Of a stretch of DNA of 64,000 nt, positions 25,765 to 39,401 are shown piece after piece. Origin of the DNA: Chiloscyllium plagiosum. Its lineage: Eukaryota. The translations under genes and the position numbers were made by a program. The stretch is taken from assembly GCF_004010195.1 (NCBI RefSeq), contig NC_057712.1:19824803-19888802 (forward strand), in the 5' to 3' direction. The notes under the pieces are model-generated. The model had not been told where the DNA came from, did not search any database, and saw nothing but the letters and a program-made list of their open reading frames with translations. Numbering within the stretch: position 1 is the first letter of the stretch; each line of letters starts with the position of its first letter.

Positions 25765-26590
25765 GAGAACAAAGAACAAGGAAAATTACAGCACAGGAGG
25801 AGGCCCTTCGGCCCTCCAAGCTTGCGCCGACCCAGACCCACAATCTAAACCTGTCGCCTATTTTCAAAGGATTCTCTGCTCCCTGCCCAGTCATCTATCT
25901 GTGCAGACACATCTTAAATTACGTTACTGTGCCCGCCTCTACATCTCCGCTTGCAACGCGTTCCAAGCACCCACCACCCTCTACATAAGGAACTTTCCAC
26001 GCATACCTCCCTTAAACCTTTCCCCGCTCACACTGAACTCATGACCCCTAGTAATTGAGTCCCCCACTCTGGGAGAAAAAGCTTCTTGCTAGGCACCCTG
26101 TCTATACCTCCAATGATTTTGCAGACAAATCAGGTCTCCCCTCAACCTCAGTCTTTCTAATAAAAATAATTCTAATCTATCCCATCTCTCTTCATAGCTA
26201 GTGCCCTCCATACCAGGCAACATCCTGGTGAACCTCCTCTGCACCCTCTCCAAAGCATCCACATCCTTTTAGTAAGGTGACGACCAGAACTGTACACAAA
26301 CATGGGTGAACTAAAGTCCTACACAACTGTAGAATGACCTGCCAATTCTTGTACTCAGTATCCCAACCGATGAAGGAAAGCATGCCATATGCCTCTTGAC
26401 CACAATCGTCCTGTGTTGCCGCCTTCAGGGTACAATGGACCTGAACACCCAGATCTCTCCGTACATCAATTTTCCCCAGGGTTTTTCCATTTACCATATA
26501 GTTTGCTCTTGAACTGAATCTTCCAAAATGCATCACCTCACATATTCCCAAATTGAACTCCATCTGCCATTTCTCCTCCCAACTCTCTGA
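25765..26590 (-). mobile_element. CR1 LINE 3' part
   Basis: MEFNLGICEVMHFGR...DLGVQVH; (AGAACAA) tail. Confidence 0.88.
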
Positions 26591-27441
26591 TGATTACTTC
26601 AGGTGAAATCACAGAGTGGCATACAATGGATTAGCAGAAAACACCTTATGGAGTTTACTTTCCTCCCACAATGTTGACCTCTTCACAGAGCATATGAAAT
26701 GAACTAAAATATGATATGGCCTGTGTTTCCAGGTTCAAGTTATCTGCAAAAGGTCCAGAATTCTCCAATCATAGCAGACCACTTGGCAGGGAAGTGCACC
26801 CAGTGTCAGGAGTGGCAAACTATTCAATATATGTCCAAGAACTAAGGCCCAATGCAATATCTGGGAATGAAAGAGGCCGCTCGTCTTTTTAAGTTACAAA
26901 AGTTGATCAATGTATGTTTACAGCAGTTAAAGATGACTTAACACCTCATGTCTTTCCACCTAATTTCACTGGTTGTTCTTCAATTATGCAAGATCCTTAG
27001 CAAGCACTCGACAGTGTAAAGTGGTAGAGACAAAAACTAAGTTCTCTTCTGTATTTTTGTACTCCTTTATGTTAGGGACAGCTGCACACAAATCATATTT
27101 CCCAGTCAGTCTCTAAGTTTAAAATCTTTTAGAATTTTGACTCCAAGCAACAAAAATTATAAATGAAAATGAGATGTGACTAGTTACCTGCTAGAAGGAG
27201 GAATTATGATAATTGTTTCCCACACTACCTAGCTAAGGAGAGGAAGCCTAGCATCATATAGTAGCATCACAGCTGAAATTAGTTCACTGCACACTGGCTT
27301 TCCTTAAACTCAACACCACCCTAGAAACTAGGGTGTACCATGAGAAAAGCACAATGTATCGTAACTTAATGAAACAATTTTGACCCATTTTACAAACCCA
27401 AAAGTTTAGAAACTGCGCAGTTAAATATGCAAAGCTCTTAC

Positions 27442-27619
27442 TTGCTCCAAATATCTGAGTCAAAATGCTTTTCTGATGGCTGCAATCTATGTTGTATGGA
27501 GTTTCACCCGCTTTGTTAGGTCGATACAGTAGACGGCCATCTTTAGGATTCCTCAACAGCAATTCAGCTAATTTTCTGCTCCTTCCACGGATTGCTATGT
27601 GAAGTGGAGTATCTCCTTT
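27442..27619 (-). CDS. KIDINS220: KIDINS220 coding exon (178 nt, last ankyrin repeats)
   Basis: tag|[59 protein letters not shown]+A|gtaag; ends phase 1. Confidence 0.96.
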
Positions 27620-27866
27620 CTAAAAACCATAAATAATGGAAGCTTTAGAAAAAAAATTTCAACACCAATTCAATCATAGATAAAATCTTGTTAGCAAGAC
27701 ACACTAAAGACAAATTTATATAAAGACAATCAGAACATAATTCTGACTGCAGTATACAGTTAAATATCCAACAATGTAAAAAAGTTAAGATTTTACTTCC
27801 AAATAGTAATATTAAAATGTACTGATGGCAATCAAATTGTGATTACACTTTAAATAAAAGCATTAT

Positions 27867-28080
27867 ATACAGGTCGCTCTGCGTTCCATTAATGCAAATT
27901 CACTATAGCTTGATTAATGAATTGTAGACACTGTTTCTAAAGCGTGAACTTTTAAAGCGTGTATTGGCTATAATGAGATTCTGGTCCCATTACTTTAAAT
28001 GGTGCTGCTATTACGCGATTTTCTTATAACACAGGGTTTCACAAGAATGCAACTACCACGTTATAGCAGAACTGACTGCA
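27867..28080. mobile_element. Tigger/pogo-like MITE
   Basis: Imperfect TIRs tacaggtcgctctgc / gcagaactgactgca; internal (c)tataac sub-repeats. Confidence 0.55.
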
Positions 28081-28856
28081 CGTAAAAGATTCAAGCATCT
28101 TCAGTATTTACATGTGTACTACTCAATGACATTTTCACCATTAGGAGTGCACTAAATTTACAGTAGCAGTGCTATTGTAGAACACCCAAATGTTCAGTCA
28201 AATGATAAAAGTCAAATTTTCCTAGACAAAATACTTACACACATGTACATTTAAGCACTTAAATGCATAATTAATAAAGGGCCTTTACAGCTGAACGATA
28301 TTGAAGTGAGTGAAAATTAATTCATTGCTTGAGGCTTGTTCATCAAATAACCAGTTATAGAGTCATAGAGAACAAATCAAATACCACTTAAAATAAATCA
28401 CAGGGAAGAAAACTACTTGTAAACCATACTTTGTCAGTTCCAAACCCCTTCCCAAATGTTAACATAATAATCTCATGAAATAAACAGATGAAGTGTTTGT
28501 CTGCAGCTACGATGAAACATAAATTAGACAGCTCAGTTGGATAGTAGGAGAGCAGAAAAAAAATGGCAGTTTGTTAAAAGTAGGCAAACTTTAAAAATTA
28601 GGAAACCATACAAAACTCAGAATATCACAACACATTACGATATTATCTTTACACACAAATAAATCTCAATTGTGCCTTTTGTTTTAATAAAGATAAGCTT
28701 CCATACAGAAATATGTACAAAATAAATCTTTAAAAAAGTTGTTAATCCACTTAAGATCAAAAAACTTGAATTTCCTTGGAGTCTGCACAGTCTGCTCAAC
28801 TCTAGAAGTGAGGTGACAGACTGTCCTTGACACTAAGGCAACATTTCACTGAGTAT

Positions 28857-28907
28857 GGAATCAATGGAAATCAGGAATCAATAGAAATCTGGAACCAATG
28901 AAAATCA
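28857..28907 (+). repeat. 17-bp tandem repeat x3
   Basis: ggaatcaatggaaatca ggaatcaatagaaatct ggaaccaatgaaaatca. Confidence 0.85.
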
Positions 28908-29605
28908 GGGTAAGTTTCCAATGACTGGAGTCATACCGAGCACAAAAGAAGATAGTTACGGTTGTTGGAGATCAACCATTTTAGTCTTGGGACACCAATA
29001 CACAAATTTCTCAGGATAAATACTTTCTAATCAATCAATTTGTTATGACACATCTCTGGAGCAGTTGGGACTTGAATCCGTCTTTCTAGCTTAGAAATAG
29101 GGACTCTATCACTGCACCACAAGAACCCATAAATTCCTCTGGGTAGCCATCTTCAGCTGCTTCAATGATTATCTTTCCATTATAATATCAGAAATGAGAA
29201 TGCTCACTGATGATCACATAATATTTAGCATCAACTGAAACTGCTCAGATACTGAAGTAGTCCACACACAACTTCAAAATTTACCCCCTCCATCACTAGA
29301 GTAAGAATTTCTGCCACATCTACAAGATGCATTACCAAAGCCCCTTGACACCAGGGTCAAGGTATCACCAAGGACAAGAGCAGTAGATGCAGGAGAACAC
29401 CATTACGTGCAGGTTTCCTTCCAATCCACAAACTATCTGACTTGGAACTTTACCCTCTGGTATTGCTGGGTCAAAACTCCCCCAACAGCACTTGCATTTC
29501 CACTACAGACTGTAGCTGTTCAGAAGACAATTCACTTTTAAAGGATAACTTTGCATGAGCAATAAAATGACAGCCTAGATAACAATTCCATGAACAAAAA
29601 AAAAT
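28880..29605 (+). mobile_element. L2/CR1-like LINE fragment with nested short SINE
   Basis: Similarity to 43285-44130 and 58435-59257. Confidence 0.65.
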
Positions 29606-29989
29606 CATCACAGAATGGGTTTTTTTACTCTATTCAAAAAGTCCATCTGGCCTCTAATGGTGAAAGTATGATCAGAAAATATATGAAGAAGTGAATGCCC
29701 ATGTTAGTATCCCTAGCTAGGTTGAGGCTAAAGGAAGAAATTCTGGCTTAGATTATTTATTCAGGATTGTCAATATTTGATCTTAATGTGTTGCAATCCA
29801 GAGATTATATATGCAAACCTGTTGAGGCCCAATTCTAAACTAAAGCACACCAGTTTTGAGAGAGCTTATCCTATGGTGCAGGCATTGAAGAATGAATTGC
29901 CAGCAATTACTCTCTGCAGCAACTAGTTAGTCACACTTCTAATGATGACAAAAAATAAAAGTTAAAATGAAAATTACCCATCTGCACTC

Positions 29990-30480
29990 ATAGAACATTA
30001 CAATATAGTACAAGCCCAGTGAAACCAATCCAAAGCCTATCTAACCTACACTATTACATTCTCGTCCATGTGTTTATCCAATGACCACTTAAATGCCTGT
30101 AAAGTTTGAGAGTCTACAACTGTTGCAGGCAGTGCGTTCCATGGCCCTACTACTCCTCGAGTAAAAAAAAACACTATCTCTGACATCTATAGATATCACT
30201 TCTTTAGGAAATCTCCATAATGGGAAAAGATTTAAAAAGGGACCTAAGGGGCAACTTTTTCGTAGAGGGAGATGCATGTATGGAATGAACTGTCAGAGGA
30301 AGTGGTGGAGTATGATGCAACTACATTTAAAAGGCATCTGGATGGGTAATGAATGGGAAGGATTTAGAGGGATATGGACTAAATACTGCCTAATAGGGCT
30401 ACATTAATTTAGGATTTCTGGTCAGCATGGATAAGTTGGATCGAAGGGTCTGTTTCCGTGCTGTACATCTCTATGACTAT
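29990..30480. mobile_element. Two CR1 3' fragments in opposite orientation
   Basis: 29990-30185 (-) with agaacat tail; about 30200-30480 (+) ending ctctatgact. Confidence 0.75.
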
Positions 30481-30777
30481 TACTTTCTAAATGGTCTCTG
30501 CTGGAGAGACTTTAATTTGGCATATTTGTTCAGACCCTTGACCAGGATGCATCATACATAAAGTTTCTGTGCTGTCCGTCTCGATGACTCAGTTTGTCCT
30601 GTGTTCCCAATGATTTCAAAATAAAAGTTACAATCCCACATAACATTTCACTGAACTATTAATTTTCAATTAACGGCTTACAACTTGCCCAGTCATGCCC
30701 TACGGTTGAACTTGAAGACAACAATTGCAAAATGTTGCAGAAACAATGCTTATCAAATTAAATGCAAATTATGTTAC

Positions 30778-30876
30778 CTTATCTGCTGCAGACACTTTGG
30801 CTCCCTTATCCAATAAAAGTTCAACAATTTCAATATTTCGCATTTTAGTTGCCTTAATGAGAGGCGTCTCACCATC
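30778..30876 (-). CDS. KIDINS220: KIDINS220 coding exon (99 nt, ankyrin repeat)
   Basis: cag|[33 protein letters not shown]|gtaac. Confidence 0.96.
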
Positions 30877-33034
30877 CTGAAAATGCAAAAAACATTTATT
30901 TCATTTTAAAATTAGTGTATTCTATTTAAAATTGCCTAGATCCCCAAAGAACAATGTTTTCATATAGTACATCACTGGGGAGTTGTAGCAATTCTCAAAA
31001 GACTGCTACACATAATTCTATGCTAATCACCCCAAAAATAGGGAGGAAAAGCAAAAAGCAAAAAGCAAAAAGACATAATCAATTAGCTTATTCACAAATC
31101 TTTTTGACATGAAAAATGGGGTTTGAAAGAAGTTTTCAAAGTCATGAGGATCCTGGACTAAGTAGATAAGGAGAAATCGTTCCCACTTGTCAAAGGATAG
31201 AGAACGAGAGGGCAAAGACATAAGTTAATTGGTACGAGAAACAAATGCGCTTAAGAGAAAAAAAATAACGCTCACAGTGAATACAATAGGTTTTGTAATG
31301 CATTACCTTTAAGCAGGTACAGGCAGGTTCAATCAAAATATTCAAGGGAGCATTAGATGATTCTTCAGATAGAAACAGTGGGCATGCATAAAGGTAAAAG
31401 ATTGGAAAATAGTACTAAGTGATAATGATCATTCAGACAGCTGGTTGAAAGGCCTCCAGCCACAGCAAAAAAGTTCTGTGAAATAATATACCTCTATGAA
31501 CTCAGTTATTGTCAACAAATAATGGAATACTAATTTTGAAATGCTTTAAAAGGACAGTGTGGTTCAGTATTGCAATGTGAAATATCACAGACTGCTGTGG
31601 CAATATTTTTCAAAAATGAAATTAAAATTAGTGACCACAGAAATACCAAAGTCTGAAAACAAAGAAAGTATTTCTAACTAAGTACATCTAGGCCAGATAT
31701 GGTACAAGCTAAATTCAGGTAAAAGCTCTATTTAGCCTCCCTCCAACTTCCACATGACAGAAATATTCTTTTGTAGGTTAATTATTCCATTTTCCTACTA
31801 ATCACTCTTATGGCTTCTGTCATGTAACTTGTAGGAGAATCTCAGGCGTAGAGGGCATACTCTCAGAGAAAGGGGTTGCCAGTTAGAGAAGAAATTCTTC
31901 CTCATCCCTGCCCTAAGAGATTAATGAATCTGTGAAATTCTTTACTGCAGATGCTGTACAGGCTGAAATATTCAAGATTGACACAGACATTTTTAATTGG
32001 TAAGGCAATCAAGGATAATGGGGAAAGGGCAGGAAAGTGGAGTCAGGATTACAGATCAGCCATCATCTTCTTGAATTATACCACAGATTCAACAGGCTGA
32101 TTGACCGACTTCTGCTTGTATGTCATGTGATCTTATGTTTCCCCTGCTTCCATACCATCATACTGTTCAGTCTACATATTCAATAAAAACTAGCCAGCTC
32201 TCCCTTCATGGATATGTAATTAGTTTTAATATACTTGTCAGTCACTGGAATTCTTCTTATTCATTTACGAGCTGTAGGCACCACTGACTAGGCCATTAGT
32301 TATTGCCCATGAGAAGGTGGTAATGAGCGTCTTGAAATGTTGCACTTCAAGTGGTGCAGGTGTGCCAAAGTGCAGATGGGGAAGGAGTTCTAGGTTTTTG
32401 ACCAGCAACACTGAAGGTACAAAAATGCAGTTCCAAGTCAGGATGGTGTGAGGCTTGGAAAAGATCTTGACAGTGGCATGTCTATGTTTCTATTGATAGG
32501 CTCACTCGTGAAACACGGCTGAGAAACAACCACTGATTAGAAGAGAATCTTCTTCCAAAAGCTTCGACTTCCACAACATGTTTGGAACCAGCAGATTGGA
32601 TTTTGGTTTACAGGATGTCTTTTACACAAGCCTGATCTAAGTTCTACAAACTAGTCGTAAATGTGAAATGAAGGTGGGGCAGTCTATGAATGCGCTGGCA
32701 CTGTTGTCACTGCACAAACTTATGTGCCTGCATAAACAAATCCTGATGTAGTAAATGTTAAAGCCAGCTAACATTAACACCACCTTCTGCTTGTGCCAAG
32801 ACTAATTGCCGTTTTGATGTTCCAAGTAACCACTCCATTTCTAGAGAGCTGATGACTCATTCCCAAATTGCAATTTCTAGATCATCTTCCTGCTACAATA
32901 ATTAGCACCTATTCAGCCAACAACTTCTTGCTGATTAGGTATCTAGATTGCTAGTTAGCTTCTAAAAATATAGTTTTCTTAATTAGCTTGCACTCTTAGT
33001 CCAAAAGCAATGAATGTGGCTCTCAGAACAAAAT

Positions 33035-33312
33035 TTAAAAATCACACGACACTAGATTATAGTCCAACAGATTTACAGAACAAGCTTGGTTATTCGAACG
33101 AGATGATGGGGAGTACTTTGTTCAGATAACTGATTGTTCGGATAACAGATAACGTTTTTATGGGACCTTGAGATCTTGTTTGGATAATCTGAAATTCAGA
33201 TAATTGACGTTTGAATAACTGTCCTACTTGACGAAGGAGCAGTGCTCCAAAAGCTTGTACTACCAAATAACCTGGTGTCTGTCTACCCCAGTCCAACATC
33301 GGCACCTCAAAC
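33035..33312 (+). mobile_element. Third PLE-derived short element with nested Tigger-like MITE (about 33075-33223)
   Basis: aaatcacacgacactagattatagtccaacag; decayed hammerhead ttgacgaaGGAGCagtGCTCCaaaagctt; tail accccagtccaacatcggcacctc; inner ggataa/cgaataa sub-repeats. Confidence 0.55.
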
Positions 33313-33789
33313 ATTTGTTCTCAGAACAAGCACAGTGAGGACAAGTCTTTCAATAAGACATCAAAACAGTTGATCTGATTCAGCATTTAAAGGCTTTCCA
33401 GCCTGTCAGATTCATACCCCATCAATAGCTGCTGTGCTCTCATAAGTTTCTGACAGTTTAGGAAACCAAGTAAAAATTGAGAATAATTCAAATAAAATTT
33501 TCATTTATTTCTTCAGACCTACTATCCCCACGCACCTCCAGAGGCACACTAGCTAAATGCCAGGGAATGGGATCATGTTATATTTTAGTCCCCAACCCAT
33601 TCCATCCTTTCCCACCTTCCACTCCTAAACCTGGTTAAAGGTTAAAATTCGCCACTAAATAAGTAAAAGAATGGGTGCATTAAAGACAGAAAGGAACCGT
33701 TTTTTTAAAAAAAAATTGTAATATTTAAAACTTGGAACGATTCACAGCATATAAATAGTGAATCTCCACATTTACATTTCTTAACCATA

Positions 33790-35895
33790 AAAGATTTCCT
33801 AAGAAATGGTGACCATAACATGGAAGAATTTAGCATTCAGTTTGAGGGTGAGGAACTTGGGTCAGAAGCAACAGTGCTAAACTTAAATAAGGGTAATTAC
33901 AAAAGAATGAGGGCAGAGCTAACTGGAGTGGTCCGGAAAAGGAGTCTAGCAGCAAATATGGGAGAGGAAAACTGACAGACTTAAAGAAAGCAGCTCACGG
34001 CTAACAGCGAAGACATATTCCAGTGAAAAAGGAGATTCTTGGAAGTGGTAAGCCATCCATATTAAAGTTAAGGATAGAATCGGATAGAAAAAAAACTACA
34101 ATGTGGCAAAGATGAGTAGTAAACCAGAAGATTAGGAAAGTTTTGAAAACAAACAAAAGCTAACTAAAAAAGGAAGAAAAATAAACGTTCAGGATAAATT
34201 TTCAAATAATATCAAGATAATCAGCAAGCGCTCTTTTAAATTTATAAATAGGAAAAGGGAAGCCAAAGTGAATAAAAGTTATGCAGAGGATGGGTGGGAA
34301 TAGTAATGAGGAACTAGGAAAAGGCAGAGGAGTTGAATTAATACTTTGCATCAGTCTTCACAGCAGAAGACACTCATTGCATTCTGAAATTACTAAAGAG
34401 CTAAGGGGCAAAAGGACAATAGGAAATAAATATAATAACTATTACTAGATAATAGGTGCTGGGGAAAATAAAAACTGATATACCCTCCCCTCCCACCTGA
34501 TGGGACTCTAGAACATTAAAAAGTAGCTAGAGAGTTAGTGGATACATTGGCAGTAGCCTTAGTCTTAGAAGATTGGAAAACTTTCAATCTTCAAACAAGT
34601 ATCTACGAACATTAAGCTAATCAGCCTGTTATTGGGAAAATGTTAGAATCTATTGTAAAAGATTTTAAAGCAGAGCATTTTGAGATACATAAAATGATCA
34701 GAGTCAGCATAGGTACATGAAGGGGAAATAATGCCTTACAAATTTACTCATTTTGTCTGAAGAGGTAACAGGCAGAATAGATAAAGGGTAAGCAGTAGAT
34801 GTAGCGTGTTTGGATTTTCAAAGGCATTTGATAAAGTATCACACATAAGACAATTTAAAATGTCCAGTGTATTGGAGGAAGTATCTTAGTATAGTTAGAG
34901 GACTGGCTAATTAATGGAAGGCAGAGTTGGGAAGAGGGGGACATTTTCAGGATACCAACCTATAACCAGTGATGTGCCACAGGGATCATTGCCAGGACCT
35001 AATTAGTTACAATGTATATTAATGACAGGATGAGAAATGCATTATAGAAAGTTTGTGACGACACAAAAATAGATAGTAAGGCATGCGGTAAAGATTATAG
35101 AGTCTGCAGAAGGATACAAATAAGTGACTGGGCAAAGACTTGACAGATGGAATATAATGTAGGGTAATAGAGAAGCTGAATATTATTTAAATGCAGAAAG
35201 TTAGAGATTTGGGAATCCTCATCCATGAATCACAAAAGGCTGGCATCCAAGTTCACTGGCTACTAGGGAAGGCCAATGGAATGTCGGCCTTTATTTCAAA
35301 GGGACTGGAATATAAAAGTAGGAAAGTTTTCCTACAAGCATACAAGACACCAGTCAGAACACTGGAATAATGTGAAGTTTTGGGCTCCTTAGCGAAGGAA
35401 AGATATACTGGCTTTGAAGGTAGTCCAAAAAACATTGTCTGGCTGATACCTCGATAGGAATGTCTTATGGAAAGTTGATCAATTCAGCCTGTAATCATTC
35501 GAGGTCAAAAGAACGAGATGCAACCTTATTAAAACTACAAGATTCTTAGGGGAAATGACAAAAGATGCAGAAAGATTGTTTCCCTTGTGGAGGAGTCTAG
35601 GACCAGAGAGCCTAATCTCAGAATAAGGGGTTGCACATTTAAGACAGAGACAAGGAGGAATTTCTTCTCTCAGGAGGCAGTGAGACAGTGGAATTCTTTT
35701 CTGCACATAGCTGTTATGGCTGGGTCATTAAGTATATTTAAGGCAAAGATAGACAAATTTTCAACAGGCAATGGATTTTACAAGAAAGAAGCAAAGTGGA
35801 GTTTAGGATTATCAAACCAGCCACAGTCATTTTGCCTGGTAGAGCAGACCCAATGGGCTAAATGGCCTATTTCTGCTCCTATGTCTCATGGTCTT
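33790..35895 (+). mobile_element. CR1 LINE, decayed ORF2
   Basis: Remnants of LDFQKAFDKV and GVPQGS motifs; RIRGCTFKTETRRNFFSQ. Confidence 0.88.
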
Positions 35896-35992
35896 TTTCT
35901 TTTAACCTTCTGGGCAGTAAGAGGTTGAGTGGCAGTCCTTAACAATTATCATGTCACTCAGATGGTGCTTGGATTGGCAACTATTAGAATTA

Positions 35993-36884
35993 GGCAAAAG
36001 TTTGCATAAACCGCATCATCTGCCGACAATAGCTGCCACCTCCAAGTGGACGCCACCACCAGGGATATATTTCCCTCCCCACCCCTTTCCCTTAAGACCA
36101 TTCCCTCCGTGACTATCTGGTTAGATCCACGCCCTCCCCAACAATCCACCTTCCCCTCCTGGCACCTTCCTCTGCCACTGCAGGAATTGCAAAATCTGTG
36201 CCCACACCTCCCTCTAAGGCCCCAAAAGAGCCTTCCACATCCATCAAAGTTTCAGCTGCACATCCACCAATGTCATTTATTGTATCTGCTGCTCCCGATG
36301 CGGTCTCCTCTACTTTGGGGAGACTGGACGCCTTCTCGCAGAGCGCTTCAGGGAACATCTCTGGGACACCCGCACCAATCAACCCCACCGCCCCGTGGCC
36401 CAACATTTCAACTTCCCCTCCCACTCTGCCAAGGACATGCAGGTCCTGGGCCTCCTCCACTGCCACTCCGAGACCACTAAACATCTGGAGGAAGAACGCC
36501 TCATCTTCCGCCTCGGAACACTTCAACCCCAGGGCATCAACGTGGACTTCACCAGTTTCCTCATTACCCCTCCCCCCTCACCTTACCCTAGTTCCAACCT
36601 TCCAGCCCAGCACCATCCTCATGACCTGTCCTACCTGCCAATCTTACTTCCCACCTATCCGCTCCACCCTCTCCTCTGACCTATCACTTTCATTCCCACA
36701 CCCATCCACCTACTGTACTCTTTGCTACCTTCTCCCCAGCCCCACCCCTCCCTCAGATTTATCTCTGCACCCCGGAGGCTCCTTGCCTTCAATCCTGATG
36801 AAGGGCTTTTGCCTGAAACGTCGATTTTCCTGCTCCTCGGATGCTGCCTGACCTGCTGTGCTTTTCCAGCACCACTCTAATCTA
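35993..36884 (+). mobile_element. Penelope-like element 3' part (GIY-YIG endonuclease + terminal repeat)
   Basis: Frameshifted NVIYCICCSRCGLLYFGETGR...REHL...AQHFN...HLEEERLIFRLGTLQPQGIN; flanking direct repeat aactattagaa at 35979-35989 and 36885-36895. Confidence 0.88.
36791..36826 (+). ncRNA. Minimal type-I hammerhead ribozyme motif
   Basis: AATC-CTGATGA-A-GGGC-TTTT-GCCT-GAAAC-GTC-GATT; 4-bp stem I, stem II, ACGT palindrome. Confidence 0.75.
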
Positions 36885-37417
36885 AACTATTAGAACTAAC
36901 TTACTGTAGAGAGTTTGCAGTGCAATAAACTTACAAATGCAACAACTTTGCACAACCACAATGTTTGGTGAGATGATACGTATGTCAAGTTAATAATGGG
37001 GAAATACAAATTGGAAGACATTTACAACTGATACGTGATTTCCGTCACTGCAAGTTGTTGGCTGATTTTCAAAATATTGAATTGTCCGCAGCATTCAGAC
37101 ACCATTATTTTCTCAATTAAATCTCGACTGTGAAATTTTAATTAATTCCAGAATCAATCTATATAAAACTGATATAACCTAGCAGATAAAATATTACAGA
37201 GTCTCAATAGCAACCACGCAAGGATTCCTTGCAGTTCCAAATGAGGGAGAGAAGAAAACCTAATCTAAATTAATTTGACCAGACACATCTGAAAACAGAA
37301 TCTTCCTTCCTGCAAGAAGCATGAGGTGGGAAAGAAGAAAAGTGACAAGATACCAAAAAGTAATAAGTTTAGTGTAAAGTTTATCAGCACAAATTCCAGT
37401 GAAGTATCCAGTCATAC

Positions 37418-37516
37418 CTTAACGCAAATTTCTGTGTCAGGATTGCACTGAAGAATATCCCTTACTATGGTTGCATTTCCTTTCTCCACAGCCCAATATA
37501 GTGCAGTCTTATTATC
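37418..37516 (-). CDS. KIDINS220: KIDINS220 coding exon (99 nt, ankyrin repeat)
   Basis: tag|[33 protein letters not shown]|gtatg. Confidence 0.96.
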
Positions 37517-37644
37517 CTAAAAGGAACATGAGAAAAGTTAGTTTTAGGTAAATGTCTAATTTCACCTAAAAGTTTATTATGTCAAAAGGTCAAAAAAATT
37601 TGATCTTCCCTGGGAGTAAATAACATGACACAATTTTAAACATC

Positions 37645-38065
37645 AGCCTTGACTCAGTGGTATTAGCTTTGCTTCTGAGTGAAAAGGCTGTGGGATGAGC
37701 CCTTATTCCAGAGAATGAAGCAGACAATCAAGGCTGGAAGAAACTACTTAGCAGAGATTTCTGATTTTGGATAAAACAATGAACAAAGGACCAACCTGGT
37801 GGTTGCAAAAGATTTTGTTTTTTTTTGAAAACAGTAGCAGACAACTCCTCGTGACTAAGGAAAACATTTATTCTTCAATCTGTAATATTCAGCATATGTT
37901 ATGTCATCACTTCCCTCATTGAAATTTCTGACATTGTTATATGCAAACTGGTTACTACATCTCCCTTCATCACAACAGTGACTACCTTTCACAGCATCGT
38001 ATGAGCTATTAATCACTTCGGGACATCCAAAGTTAGTGAAAGAGTACCTAAGTGCAGATTCGCTC
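37645..38065 (+). mobile_element. SacSINE1/Deu-domain-like SINE, diverged; 3' remnants also near 24020-24190 and 48030-48170
   Basis: ccttgactcagtgg...ctgagtgaaaaggctgtggg head; acaacagtgactac...ttcgggacatcc tail. Confidence 0.6.
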
Positions 38066-38415
38066 CTTCATTTCAAAACAATTCTTAACACCATCTGACT
38101 TTGTTAAGTGCACCATTCAGTAGCCCTGTCAACAATAACCCTGCAACATTTTAAACTACCAAAGCGCCATACGCATCATGACTACATTCACCATACTAAT
38201 GTCTTAAATTTCAATACCTCTCCATATAATTTAAGTTTGTGTTTCATCTCCATTCCTGAGATACTGGGTGGTAGAGGAAGTATTTGATCATTGCAATCTG
38301 CATTTATAATTTTCTATTTGGTGGATAATCTTATTTTTTTTAAAAATCAAACAATTATTAACAACTGAAATAAAATAACTTCATATCTTTTGTAATGGTT
38401 TATGTTTAGACTTAC

Positions 38416-38514
38416 TGTTCCCTTTATATCTATGTCCGCATATTTTTGCAGCAAAGCTCTGACAATCTCCACATGCCCACCTTTCACAGCACCAATTAAG
38501 ACAGTGTCTCCACT
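38416..38514 (-). CDS. KIDINS220: KIDINS220 coding exon (99 nt, ankyrin repeat)
   Basis: cag|[33 protein letters not shown]|gtaagt. Confidence 0.95.
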
Positions 38515-38596
38515 CTGGAAAGAAAATGCACATACAGCACGATGAAAATTTGCTCAATAACCAAAACCACAATATTGGAAAATTAAAAGGCTTAAC

Positions 38597-38815
38597 ACTT
38601 CAGTTAGATCAGTAGGCTGCATGGCTGGTTTACGACGCAGAAAAACGCCAACTGCACCTGTTCAATTCTTGTACTGGCTGAGGTTATCCCAAAGATTCCA
38701 TCTTCTCAACATCTCCCCTCATCCAAGGTGTGTTGCTCCACAGGTTAAACCACCAGAGGTCACTCTCGAAGGAGAGAGCAGCCTTATGGTCCTTTAGGAT
38801 CATGACCCTTTTTAA
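38597..38815 (+). mobile_element. tRNA-derived SINE; second copy at about 61590-61743 plus 62377-62400 (-) split by a PLE
   Basis: Shared ggctgaggtta...caggttaaaccacca...agcagccttatgg. Confidence 0.6.
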
Positions 38816-38934
38816 ACAGTGCTTATTTTGGCCTTCATTTGTGTGTTTGCAAAGTTCAAACCTACTTTTGAACAAACCTTTGCAAACAGCTATCCAAGTC
38901 AATAATTTAATTAAAAGCAAAGTACTGTTTTGAT

Positions 38935-39110
38935 CTGAAAGATACTACCAGACTGGAAAAACTCAGGTAGTCTGGTAGCATCAATAGAGAGAGAAACATA
39001 GATAACGTTTTTGAGGAAGATATGACTTTCTTTAGAACTGAACATCCAAAGTTGCTTCTCTCCCCAAAAGCATTACTAGGCTTGTTCAATTTCTCCAGCA
39101 CCATGTTTTC
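38935..39110. mobile_element. Highly decayed fold-back mini PLE
   Basis: ctggaaaaactcagg...gcatc...gagagagaaac vs cttctctcc...tttctccagc. Confidence 0.45.
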
Positions 39111-39401
39111 ATTCCATTTATTTAATTATTGTTTTCTTTTGGGTACATACATACTCAAAAGGATTACTACCAATTACAGAATTAGAACCTAACCTTAACG
39201 ATACTATTGTGATGAGGTGCTACCTTACAAAGAGTTAATCAACCCCAATGTCTAAAGGTTTCCTTGCAGCAAACTGTGAAAATGTATGAGCAAATGCCCA
39301 GCCAGCTAATCTGCTTGGAAAAGGATAGTGTGGCAGAGAAAAAAATATGAATAAAGATTAAAGGCATGTCAAAATCACAAAATCCATTTATAAAGATATT
39401 T

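Noticed and set aside
36046-36851. Overlapping Pro/Ser-rich ORFs as a novel gene
   Set aside because: Alternative frames of a frameshifted Penelope GIY-YIG region
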